Positions 18,062-26,922 of a DNA stretch of 29,496 nt are shown here, piece by piece. The position numbers and the translations under genes are program-made. The stretch spans positions 1 through 29,496 of the forward strand of contig JBHHYI010000034.1 in NCBI GenBank assembly GCA_046757525.1, read 5' to 3'. Source of the stretch: a bacterium. Its GTDB lineage: Bacteria > Zhuqueibacterota > Zhuqueibacteria > Oceanimicrobiales > Oceanimicrobiaceae. The notes under the pieces are model-generated. The model did no database searches. It was not told the DNA's origin and saw nothing but the letters and a program-made list of their open reading frames with translations. Numbering within the stretch: position 1 is the first letter of the stretch; every line of letters begins with the position of its first letter.

Positions 18062-18092
18062 AACGGTGACCTTCTTTGCGAAGGTTACCGTT
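18062..18092. repeat. 13-bp inverted repeat
   Basis: AACGGTGACCTTC-TTTGC-GAAGGTTACCGTT with one G-T pair and no U tract. Confidence 0.5.
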
Positions 18093-18431
18093 GGATAACA
18101 CACTGAAGCGTCCAGCGAAAAAACCAGGGGAATTTTAGGAGGCGTCCTGAAAACCCGACTCACGGTTGGTCCGGCCAGACATCGCTCTGAACGAGCGAAA
18201 ATCTGTCTCCCTTCAAAGGGAGAATTGCCTGCGCAAGAATCCGCTTCGCCGATTTTTGCACCCCAACTCAAGGAGCGTTCCTAAAAAGATCGGTGCTGCC
18301 ATCTGCTCAGCAACACACGAAAGAGATATGTCTTCGGCGAAGTCAAAAGGTCTACATGAACTCGTTACAAACAAGGTGACCCAACGGCTTCAAGAAATGC
18401 TTCTCGAGGTGTGAATAGCAGGTTTGTGACC

Positions 18432-18770
18432 ATGAATCAAAAAACCTGTCAAAATCTAAGAACTTTGCACCCCAAATGGAACCGCAAGTGGGAAAAAACG
18501 AACAACGGCCGCACCGTTATCATCGTGCCCAAATTCGGCAATCACCCGTTGGGGAAATGGCTCATGAAAAGATTGAAAAATCCCTACTACCGCCTGAAGT
18601 TGGACGAAATCGGTAGCTTTGTTTGGCAGCAATGTAATGGCATGGCAAGCGTGGAAGAGATCAGTAATAACCTCAGGCAAGAGTTTGGTGAAAAGGTGGA
18701 GCCGGTGCAGGAACGTCTCCGTTTGTTCCTCAAGCAATTGGAAAACAGCAAATCAATAATCTGGTCATAA
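18432..18770 (+). CDS. Stand-alone PqqD-family (RiPP recognition element) protein
   Basis: LKLDEIGSFVWQQCNGMASVEEISNNLRQEFGEKVEPVQERLRLFLKQL is the PqqD/RRE pattern. ATG 18432 is preferred over GTG 18411 on SD spacing. Confidence 0.85.
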   Translation: MNQKTCQNLRTLHPKWNRKWEKTNNGRTVIIVPKFGNHPLGKWLMKRLKNPYYRLKLDEIGSFVWQQCNGMASVEEISNNLRQEFGEKVEPVQERLRLFLKQLENSKSIIWS

Positions 18771-18785
18771 TTTGGGAGCATTTTG

Positions 18786-20027
18786 GTGGACAAAGCGGCG
18801 TTCAAAAAACTTTGCGACAGAATAGAATCGTATGAAGACGAAATCATCGCACTACAAAAAGGGTTGACGGCCATACCGGCCCTGGCACCAGAAAATGACG
18901 GCGCAGGTGAGGCCGAAAAGGCTGAATACATTCAATCCTATTTGAAGGAGAGTTTGAAGTGCGACGAGATAAAACTGCTCAAGGCTCCGGATGACCGCGT
19001 ACCTGCCGGTTACCGACCCAATTTGATCGCCAAAATAAAGGGCAAGAATCCGGGCAAAACCACCTGGATCATGTCCCACACGGACGTGGTGCCGGCCGGA
19101 GATGCGGCCAAGTGGGATGGCGACCCCTGGACCGTACGGGTGCAAGACGGTAAGATCTATGGCCGCGGCACGGAAGACAACCAGCAAGGCATCGTCTCGT
19201 CTCTGATTGCTGCAAAAGCCTTTAGAGACGAAGGCATTCAACCGACGCAAGATCTCGGTCTGCTCCTGGTTGCCGATGAAGAAACCGGCAGCGAATACGG
19301 CATCCAATACCTACTCCAAAACCACAAGGCGCTGTTTAAACAGGAAGACATCATCGTCATTCCGGACGCCGGCAACGAAGATGGCACCATGATCGAAGTG
19401 GCGGAGAAAAGTATTGTCTGGATCAAGTTCCGAACCATCGGCAAACAGACGCACGGTTCCACGCCCGCTAAAGGCAACAATGCCCACAAAGCCGGCGCCC
19501 ATTTGATCGTCAAACTGAACAATCTGTATGTCATGTACAACGCTGCGGACCCGGTGTTCGATCCGCCCACCAGCACTTTTGAGCCGACCAAAAAAGAAGC
19601 CAACGTGCCAAACATCAACACCGTGCCCGGAGAGGATGTGTTCTATTACGATTGCCGGTTGCTGCCCAATTACGACGTCGATCGGTTCTGGGAAAATGTC
19701 AGACGCATTTGCAGTGAGATTGAAGGTAGATATAAGGTAAAGATTGAAGCCTCCAAGGAGCAAGAACTGCGCGCTGCGCCGCCCACCCCTGTGGACGCTC
19801 CGGTGGTAAAGCTGCTGGAAAACGCAATATCTGAAGTTTGCAGCGTACGGGCAAAAGCGCAAGGCATTGGTGGCGGCACGGTTGCTGCTTTCTTTCGAGA
19901 AGCCGGGTTCAACGCAGCGGTCTGGGCCACGCAGGATGAAACGCTGCACGAACCCAACGAATATGTCAAGATTGACAACATCATGAAGGATGCAATGGTG
20001 TTTGCCCATATAGCTTTGGCCGATTGA
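18786..20027 (+). CDS. M20 family metallopeptidase (ArgE/DapE-like)
   Basis: SHTDVVP, YGRGTEDNQQG, ADEETGS, HGSTP and LHEPNE. GTG 18786 follows GGAG; the alternative start is TTG 18783. Confidence 0.92.
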   Translation: MDKAAFKKLCDRIESYEDEIIALQKGLTAIPALAPENDGAGEAEKAEYIQSYLKESLKCDEIKLLKAPDDRVPAGYRPNLIAKIKGKNPGKTTWIMSHTDVVPAGDAAKWDGDPWTVRVQDGKIYGRGTEDNQQGIVSSLIAAKAFRDEGIQPTQDLGLLLVADEETGSEYGIQYLLQNHKALFKQEDIIVIPDAGNEDGTMIEVAEKSIVWIKFRTIGKQTHGSTPAKGNNAHKAGAHLIVKLNNLYVMYNAADPVFDPPTSTFEPTKKEANVPNINTVPGEDVFYYDCRLLPNYDVDRFWENVRRICSEIEGRYKVKIEASKEQELRAAPPTPVDAPVVKLLENAISEVCSVRAKAQGIGGGTVAAFFREAGFNAAVWATQDETLHEPNEYVKIDNIMKDAMVFAHIALAD

Positions 20028-20342
20028 TGTCGGTTGTAGCGGGTTTTACTCTCTCTAAAGGGACTCTGGAGGGGATTCCAGTACGTACGAGAGTCATCGA
20101 CAGGGACAATATCAGGATATTGATGGTTGAAAAGGGGTGAATCGGAAGAATCCCGTTGGTCATATTCTTACGCACACGCTCAAAAGGTCAGGTGTCGAAG
20201 CTCTTCGGCTGCTATGACGATCTTAGCCTAAGACCCTTTTACCTCGCGACTCTCAACGCAAAACCAAGATTTCTTTTTTGTCTCCCAAACAATATGAATA
20301 GTGAATTATGCAAGTTCATCATTCAAATGCGAGGTAGGCACA

Positions 20343-21293
20343 ATGACCCCACTTGATAAAGCAGCACGCATGATCCTGAAAAACTGTTTGGGTGTAAGGG
20401 CTAAAGAGTCCGTTCTCATCATCATCGAAGATTCTTTGTGGGCGCTGGGAGAGACTTTCTGGAAGTATGCCAAGCGGTTGTCGAAACTCCCCACTCTATA
20501 CGTGTATTCGAGTTCAAGTCTGAATGCGCAGGCATTTCCTGACATCTTATGTCACTGTTTGCAATCAAGCGAAGCCGCGTTGTTTCTGAGTAAACAGTTG
20601 GTCAACAGCGAACTTTTTAATGAGGCCAGGAAAAAGGGAACACGGGTTTTGGTTATTCAAGACGCTTCAAGAAAATTGCTCGAACGCCTGGCCAAAACAG
20701 ACTACGACAAGATATCGCACCAGAGCAGAAGAATCGCCGAAATCTTTACGATTGGTAAACGCTTAAAATTGACCTCCCCTTCGGGCACCGAAGCCAGCAT
20801 TTCCATCTCCAGAATCAAAGGCACGGCTGAAACGGGACAGGTGCGTCACAATGGCGATATCTCATTCTTACCTGCGGGCCAATCGTGTTTAGTGCTGCAC
20901 AAAGACAGCCTCAACGGGCGCATTATTCTGGACGGCATTGCCGGCAGCAAAAATGCATTTAAGGAACCGATTGTCTTGAATGTCAAGAATGGACAAATCA
21001 CTCAAATCAAAGGCAACAAGGCGGCGGACAATCTAAGAAAGGAATTGCGCAAGTTCGGCAAACACGGGAGAACCATCTACGAAATCGGGGTCGGCACAAA
21101 CTACGCCATAAAACTGGGCCATTCAGCCCTGGAAGACGCAAAAGTGTTGGGCACCATTCACATCGCCTTTGGCAAGAACCATGTCACTAAAGTACGCGGC
21201 AAATTCAATCAAACCACCAAAGGGTTGATCAAGAATCCCACCCTGAGCATCGATGGGAAACTTATCATCAAAGACGGAAAGCTGCTGGTGTAG
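20343..21293 (+). CDS. Aminopeptidase T / M29-like (COG2309-like) protein with a degenerate active site
   Basis: Start ATG 20343 after GAGGT. AARMILKNCLGV..ESVLII, TSPSGT, LPAGQ, EIGVGTN, KVLGTIHIAFG and PTLSIDGKLIIKDG. Confidence 0.8.
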   Translation: MTPLDKAARMILKNCLGVRAKESVLIIIEDSLWALGETFWKYAKRLSKLPTLYVYSSSSLNAQAFPDILCHCLQSSEAALFLSKQLVNSELFNEARKKGTRVLVIQDASRKLLERLAKTDYDKISHQSRRIAEIFTIGKRLKLTSPSGTEASISISRIKGTAETGQVRHNGDISFLPAGQSCLVLHKDSLNGRIILDGIAGSKNAFKEPIVLNVKNGQITQIKGNKAADNLRKELRKFGKHGRTIYEIGVGTNYAIKLGHSALEDAKVLGTIHIAFGKNHVTKVRGKFNQTTKGLIKNPTLSIDGKLIIKDGKLLV

Positions 21294-21301
21294 CCAGGCG
21301 T

Positions 21302-22123
21302 TCAAAATAGCACAAACCTCAGATAGAAATAGACCAGCGGTGCGACCAGGATTTCGCTGTCGAAGCGGTCCAGAATGCCACCATGACCGGGCAGAAGGTT
21401 GGAAGAATCCTTGATCCCGGCATCGCGCTTGAACAACGACTCCAGCAAGTCGCTAAGCTGTCCGATGCTACCACAAATGACCCCCACGACCAGCAAATGA
21501 ACGCGTGGCACCTCTTTTAAGAAGAACAAAGAATACCCGAAAGCCGTCAACAAAGCAAACAAAAAGCCCAAAACCGCGCCCTCAACGGTCTTGTTGGGGC
21601 TGACCCGTTCGAAGAGTTTGTGCCGGCCAAAGCGAGCCCCCAGCATGTAAGCGGCAGAGTCACAAATCCAGATGGCCAGAAATATCAAAATGATCCAGGC
21701 ACCCCCTGCCCTGTAATTCAAGCTCAGTTGCCTGGGCAATTCCCGGATCAAAATAAAAAATCCCAGAAATAAAGACACGTAAATCAAACCCATGAAGGTG
21801 ACGGCGATGTTCAGAACCGGAGCCACCTGATTGCGAAACAGCTCCAGCCCGGCGATCAGAAAGAACGCTGCTGCCAACAAGATCCAGAGATATTGAAACT
21901 GGCCAAAATAAAGCAGCAAACACAGAACAAGGCTGAGGGCAAATCCCAAGTATTTTGAAGGATGGGTCACCTTTTGGTAGGCTAAATCATAAAACTCGTT
22001 GATGGCTAATAGGATGATCGAGGCAATCAAGGCCAAGAAGATGTAGCCTCCTTGCCAGGCCGACAGCAAGATCAACGGCCCAAAAAGAGCGGTGACCAGC
22101 GCACGCACACCAAGCTTTTCCAA
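21302..22123 (-). CDS. cdsA: Phosphatidate cytidylyltransferase
   Basis: DSAAY, VSPNKTVEG and SLFKRDAGIKDSSNLLPGHGGILDRFDS. Confidence 0.96.
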   Translation of the reverse strand: MEKLGVRALVTALFGPLILLSAWQGGYIFLALIASIILLAINEFYDLAYQKVTHPSKYLGFALSLVLCLLLYFGQFQYLWILLAAAFFLIAGLELFRNQVAPVLNIAVTFMGLIYVSLFLGFFILIRELPRQLSLNYRAGGAWIILIFLAIWICDSAAYMLGARFGRHKLFERVSPNKTVEGAVLGFLFALLTAFGYSLFFLKEVPRVHLLVVGVICGSIGQLSDLLESLFKRDAGIKDSSNLLPGHGGILDRFDSEILVAPLVYFYLRFVLF

Positions 22124-22226
22124 AGACAGTTTCCCTCCTGTTTAGTGGTTTCCCAGCGCGGCGAAGCCGCAAAATTGTTAGCCACTGATTAACTATAAGA
22201 GACCATGTTAAAAGCCGGCTGTGGCT

Positions 22227-22249
22227 GTGATTTCCGCGAAAGCGGGAAC
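22227..22249. repeat. Degenerate GTCATTCCCGCGAAAGCGGGAATC-like palindrome
   Basis: GTGATTTCCGC-GAAA-GCGGGAAC. A second small hairpin GCGGC-GAA-GCCGC lies at 22158-22170. Confidence 0.45.
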
Positions 22250-22313
22250 AACAAAAGAGGTTGACACGCCTCTCGATCGATTCAGCTTGCCCGGGTGACT
22301 TTTTGCCAGAATG

Positions 22314-23231
22314 TTACGTGTCTGTTTTTAGAGTGCCTACCAGATCTGCAACCTTCTCGATGTTCCGCTCTTCACAGTATTGGGCTATCGCAGCGATTAT
22401 CTTTTCGCCTGTGGCAGGATCGATAAAATTGGCTGTACCCACCTGCACGGCTGTTGCGCCGGTCACGAGAAACTCCAGCGCATCCGTACCGTTCATGATC
22501 CCACCGATGCCAATAATAGGAATATCGACTTCGCTGGCGACTTCGTGCACCTTGGCCAGCGCAACGGGCTTAATGGCTGGTCCCGAATAACCACCCACTA
22601 TGGTGTTGATTCGCGGACGAAGGGTGTTGACATCTACCGCCATTCCGACTAAGGTATTGATTAACGAAACCCCATCTGCACCGGCTTCCTGGGCCGCCCG
22701 GGCGATCTCCCCGACGCGCGTGACATTGGGCGTCAGTTTGACAAGCAACGGGCGCCTGGTGACCGCCCGAACCATGCCGGTCACCCGGCCGGTAACACGA
22801 GGATTCTGGCTGAACTCCAGTCCCCCTTCTTTCACATTGGGGCAGGAAAAATTCAACTCATAAGCGTCGACTCCGTCCTGTTGTTCCAAGAGTTGCACCA
22901 CCGACACAAACTCCTCAGGGGTGCTGCCAGCAACGTTCACGACAATCGTTGTGTCCAAAGTTCTCAAGAAAGGCAACTTTTCTGAGATGAAGGCCTGGAC
23001 CCCCACGTTGGCCAGACCAATGGAATTCAACAAACCTGCCGGCAGCTCCACGATCCTTGCGGGCGGATTGCCATCCCTCACCTCGAGTGAAATGGACTTG
23101 GTAACGATGCCCCCCAGGGCGTTCAGGTCAACCAACTCCTGACTTTCCTGGCCATATCCGAAAGTGCCAGACGCCACCAGAACAGGATTCTTGAGCTTCA
23201 AAGCGCCCACGTGTACGGTCAGGTCAACCAT
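22314..23231 (-). CDS. pyrD: Dihydroorotate dehydrogenase B catalytic subunit
   Basis: Start ATG 23231 overlaps the pyrK end. Motifs NPVLVASGTFG, NSIGLAN, ELNFSCPN, VKLTPNV and GGYSGPAIKP. Confidence 0.95.
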   Translation of the reverse strand: MVDLTVHVGALKLKNPVLVASGTFGYGQESQELVDLNALGGIVTKSISLEVRDGNPPARIVELPAGLLNSIGLANVGVQAFISEKLPFLRTLDTTIVVNVAGSTPEEFVSVVQLLEQQDGVDAYELNFSCPNVKEGGLEFSQNPRVTGRVTGMVRAVTRRPLLVKLTPNVTRVGEIARAAQEAGADGVSLINTLVGMAVDVNTLRPRINTIVGGYSGPAIKPVALAKVHEVASEVDIPIIGIGGIMNGTDALEFLVTGATAVQVGTANFIDPATGEKIIAAIAQYCEERNIEKVADLVGTLKTDT

Positions 23232-24054
23232 CCAACACCACCTCGCGAGCGTCAAAAACAGGCCCGTCAATGCAGGTTAGTTTGTACAGCCCCCCTCCGG
23301 GGCGACCGTTTCTCAAGCGCACCGGACAGCCCATGCAAATCCCGAAGCCGCAGCCCATCATGGTTTCGATGGATATCTGGCCGTCTACTTCAAATTCATC
23401 GGTGATCCTTTGCATGGCTTGCAGGAATCCGGTCGGACCACAGCTAAACAGATGATACCCAGCAAGATTCTTGGCCGGCTTTAAACGATCACGCAAAATG
23501 TCGGTAACCAGGCCGGCGCTGCCTTCCGACCCGTCCTCGGTAGTTAGCAGCAGTTCAACCCCCATGTGCAAGAAAACGTCGACCAAAGAGAGTTCGTCTT
23601 TGGTCTTTGCACCCAGGAAAACCACCACTTGCTTGCGCGCCTCCAAAAGCTGTTCACACAAAAAAGGAAGCGGGGCCACGCCAAGGCCGCCTCCAACCAG
23701 CAGGGCCGTCCTGGTTTCCGGTGGGATGGTAAACCCGCCGCCCAGGGGACCAATTAGGTTCAAGAGGTCGCCAGAGGTGTGTTCCGCCAGGGTGCGGGTA
23801 CCTTTGCCGACAATCTTCCACACAATGTCAATCCAGCCTTCTTGCACGCTGCGACGGCATACGCTAAACGGCTTTCGCAGCAAGGGGATCAATTCCTGGT
23901 TGACTTTAATATTGACGAACTGTCCGGGCACGGCGGTGCGTGCGACCTGTTCGCACTGCAGCCGCATCAGATAGATTTTGCCGACTAATTTCTTGACGAA
24001 TAAGATTGGAGAGTCTACGATAACTTTTGTATGAGAAGGGATGGGCTCACTCAT
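23224..24054 (-). CDS. pyrK: Dihydroorotate dehydrogenase electron transfer subunit
   Basis: PGQFV, RKPFS, GGGLGVAP, CGP and the 2Fe-2S motif CGFGICMGC...CIDGPVF. Confidence 0.93.
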   Translation of the reverse strand: MSEPIPSHTKVIVDSPILFVKKLVGKIYLMRLQCEQVARTAVPGQFVNIKVNQELIPLLRKPFSVCRRSVQEGWIDIVWKIVGKGTRTLAEHTSGDLLNLIGPLGGGFTIPPETRTALLVGGGLGVAPLPFLCEQLLEARKQVVVFLGAKTKDELSLVDVFLHMGVELLLTTEDGSEGSAGLVTDILRDRLKPAKNLAGYHLFSCGPTGFLQAMQRITDEFEVDGQISIETMMGCGFGICMGCPVRLRNGRPGGGLYKLTCIDGPVFDAREVVLDG

Positions 24055-26144
24055 TAAGGTTCGATCTTCTTTTCACCACGGTTATGGGTCTCATTTTTAT
24101 CTGAGTCTTTTTGCTGAGCGTCGATCTTCTTTGCAGAGTTGATCTCCTCCATCAAGCGCATAGCCTTTTTGGGCTCTGGCTGCGCCCCTTCGGGTTCAGG
24201 TTGTTTGGTGTCGGCAGTCTCTTGTTTCTGTTGCTCTAACGCTTGTTTTTTCGCTTCTGCTTCTTTCTTCTTGGCGGCGTTGGCTACTGCCCCAAGTTTG
24301 CTCTTTATTTTTTTTGAGACCTCCGATTCGGGATATTTTTCCAGCAATTCCTGGTAGGTCTGGATGGCTCGCTCGTTTTCAAACATTTTGTTTTCATAAA
24401 TCCAGCCGACAGCATACAACGACCGTGGCGCATATTCAGAATCCGGATATTGATCGACAACCTTCTGGTAGGTGCGGATGGCTGCTGCCAAGTTGTGATC
24501 GTTGAACAGAGTCCTCTCCGCTGATTCGTACAGCTCGGCGGCATAATCGCGTGCGTCCATCAGCGGTCGCAATCCCAACTTTCTTCTGGCATCTCCGGCC
24601 TGTTCAGACTGCGGAAACCTTTGCACGACCTCGTGCAACAACGAGTCCGTCTTTGCCTTGTTCTGGTAAACATTCTCGTAGATGAAGGCCAAAGAATAGA
24701 GCGCCGAAGCCGCCTCCTCGCGATTGGGGTAGGCCGCCAGGATTCGGTTGTATTCGTTCAGCGCTGAGTCCACCTTGCCGAACTGGAACAAATAGAGTTG
24801 CGCTAATTGCAATTTTTTGGAGATGATTTCGCCTTCATTTAATTCTCTTGCAGCCTTGGCAGCCTTCTGGGCAGCCTCAGAGGACTGTTTCTTTCTTGCA
24901 AGCTGCTTTTGCTTTTGCAAAAACCTGAATTCTGGATGCACACCCTGCTCCAGCAGCAGCATTTCCATTTCGGTCAATTGGTCGGAACCAGAACCAAACT
25001 GCTTGCCGCCACGGCCATAAATGCTCTGAATCTTGTTTTGCAGCCTGATCAACTCACCAAGACTTCGGGCTTTTTGGTTGGCTTCCTTGAGATGCTTGAA
25101 TCTGCCATATTCCGTTCTCACGCGCTCATAGTTTTCTTTTGCTTTGACAAAATCTCCAAAATCGTCCTCATAGATCTTACCCAACTCGAAATAGGCCCTG
25201 GCCGAAACCTCCGAACGTTTGTACTCTTTGGTGATTTTGTTGTACTCATCCACGGCTTCGTCTATTTTGCCCAGGTAGTCCACGCTGGCTTCCCGCAATT
25301 GCTCGCGCATGGATTTCCCCGTGCGATATTTGCAGTCGGCCAACTCCAGACGCACCAGGCCATGTTTCTTCTTAAAACTCGTGTTCTCCAGAAGCGAGTT
25401 GCAAATTCTAATCGAATGGTCGTAATCACCAGCCAACTTCAAGGCAATGCCCAGGTTCATTTCTGCGTCGAATTCAAAGGATCTGTCCGGGCTGTATTTG
25501 GTTGCCTGTCTGAAACTCTCAATCGCCCCAGCAAACTTTGCATTCTTTAACTGCGTTTGTCCCAACTTAAACAGGGCCTGGGCGCGAATCTCCTTTTCCT
25601 TTGCGCCTTCGACAACGGACTGGTACTTAGCCTCAGCCTTGTCATATTCGCCTTTGTCAAAATGAATGTCTCCCAACAGCAGGGCACCTTCCTGCAATAG
25701 GCGTCTTTTGGTTTTTGGCGATTCCAGCAGTTCTTTGAGCATCAACTGGGCCTGATCATAATCGTTTAGTTTCATACTGGTCTTTGCAAGCCACAGTTTT
25801 GCCCGGCCAAGGTACTTGCTTTTCGGAAAATAGGTGATGAGTTCCCGGTATTTTCTCTGGGCTTTAATGTAATTGCCCTTGTAATAAAAGCTCTCGCCCA
25901 GGATCATGATGGCATCGTCGACGTATTTGCTATTCGGGTAGACCTCCAATATCTTGGACGCTTTCTCAATCACCTTGTCATAAAGCTGGAGTTCCTTGGA
26001 GGTAGGTTTGTCGCCTTGCCGTTTTTCCCGTTCTTTCCTGGCCTCACCATAAATTTTCTTCGTATTGAAAAAAGTATTGTAATAAGCACAAGATGATAAG
26101 CCCATGATACAGACACTTATCACCACAAGACGTCTCAATTTCAT
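24054..26144 (-). CDS. TPR-repeat lipoprotein (BamD/PorW-like repeats)
   Basis: Start ATG 26144. Lipobox LSSC followed by AYYNTFFN, repeated YPxS-type TPR turns and a charged low-complexity tail. Confidence 0.85.
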   Translation of the reverse strand: MKLRRLVVISVCIMGLSSCAYYNTFFNTKKIYGEARKEREKRQGDKPTSKELQLYDKVIEKASKILEVYPNSKYVDDAIMILGESFYYKGNYIKAQRKYRELITYFPKSKYLGRAKLWLAKTSMKLNDYDQAQLMLKELLESPKTKRRLLQEGALLLGDIHFDKGEYDKAEAKYQSVVEGAKEKEIRAQALFKLGQTQLKNAKFAGAIESFRQATKYSPDRSFEFDAEMNLGIALKLAGDYDHSIRICNSLLENTSFKKKHGLVRLELADCKYRTGKSMREQLREASVDYLGKIDEAVDEYNKITKEYKRSEVSARAYFELGKIYEDDFGDFVKAKENYERVRTEYGRFKHLKEANQKARSLGELIRLQNKIQSIYGRGGKQFGSGSDQLTEMEMLLLEQGVHPEFRFLQKQKQLARKKQSSEAAQKAAKAARELNEGEIISKKLQLAQLYLFQFGKVDSALNEYNRILAAYPNREEAASALYSLAFIYENVYQNKAKTDSLLHEVVQRFPQSEQAGDARRKLGLRPLMDARDYAAELYESAERTLFNDHNLAAAIRTYQKVVDQYPDSEYAPRSLYAVGWIYENKMFENERAIQTYQELLEKYPESEVSKKIKSKLGAVANAAKKKEAEAKKQALEQQKQETADTKQPEPEGAQPEPKKAMRLMEEINSAKKIDAQQKDSDKNETHNRGEKKIEP

Positions 26145-26293
26145 TTGCAAATACCGCGGAAATATGGCAATTAAAAAACTCGTGGACAAAAAACTACTAA
26201 ACTTAACGATCTAATTTCTCACGATGTTCCCGGAAATCCTCCACGCTTACCCTGCGGTCCGCCAGACCTGTTGACTGCGTGGCTGAACCATTC

Positions 26294-26322
26294 AATGTAA
26301 GGCCTGCTTCTCTTAAGCGCAA
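26294..26322 (-). promoter_or_regulatory. Putative sigma70 promoter for TPR-pyrK-pyrD
   Basis: Minus strand TTGCGC-N17-TACATT. Confidence 0.45.
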
Positions 26323-26349
26323 GATGTTTTTCCATCTCACTTAGTCCAA

Positions 26350-26922
26350 TCAGTAGGTTGCAGCCGGGTTCAGGGTGTTCATTCGCAGAAGCACAAAATG
26401 GGCAACCAATCCCACGATCATCCCTGAAAACAGAGAGGACAACAGCATGATCGGCAGCAGATAGAGGAGCTGCGCCCGGCCGACGAGCAAAAAGGCAGCG
26501 ATTAGAATCTGCACCAGATTGTGGGCGAAGGCCCCCGAAACACTAACGCCGATAATGCTGAAGATTCTACCGAAATGGTGGTAAAGGAAGGCCATGAGAC
26601 TAGTGGCGACGATCCCCCCGGCAAGGGAAAAGAGGAAGACCGGGTTAAACAGAGTGCCCAAAATCAAAGCCCCCACAACCACGCGCAGGAGCATGACCAC
26701 CAAGGCCATTCGGAAACCGAACGCGTACAGCGCAACTAAGACGACCAGATTTGACAGGCCGGGTTTTAACCACGGCAGCGGTCGCGGGATGGCCGATTCA
26801 AATAAGAACAAGACCAGGCCCGCAGCTACCAGAACGGCGACTCGGGTTAAGCTGGCAACGTTGTTGAGAGAGAACGAATCGGTGCTCTTCCTCGCCCTAA
26901 GCTTAGCCGGTGACGGCGTCAA
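26350..26922 (-). CDS. Gx transporter family protein (HepPP synthase component I-like, ECF S-component-like)
   Basis: LFESAIPRPLPWLKPGLSN, FSLAGG and SIIGVSVSGAFAHNLVQ. Start uncertain; TTG 26922 overlaps the upstream gene end. Confidence 0.85.
   Translation of the reverse strand: MTPSPAKLRARKSTDSFSLNNVASLTRVAVLVAAGLVLFLFESAIPRPLPWLKPGLSNLVVLVALYAFGFRMALVVMLLRVVVGALILGTLFNPVFLFSLAGGIVATSLMAFLYHHFGRIFSIIGVSVSGAFAHNLVQILIAAFLLVGRAQLLYLLPIMLLSSLFSGMIVGLVAHFVLLRMNTLNPAATY

Noticed and set aside
18166..18414. 82-aa plus-strand ORF just before PqqD as a possible RiPP precursor
   Set aside because: TTG start without an SD, no leader/core pattern and no maturase nearby. Its stop overlaps only the less likely PqqD start. 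Cannot be supported without conservation data.
20133..20155. GGGGTGAATC as a tmRNA 5' end or c-di-AMP riboswitch piece
   Set aside because: The remaining conserved elements (tmRNA TCGAC and 3' T-arm/CCA; ydaO GCTGAA and CCCGTCAGCTAA) are absent.
21293..21302. Convergent genes 8 bp apart with no visible terminator
   Set aside because: A common arrangement; Rho-dependent termination would explain it and there is no evidence for antisense regulation.
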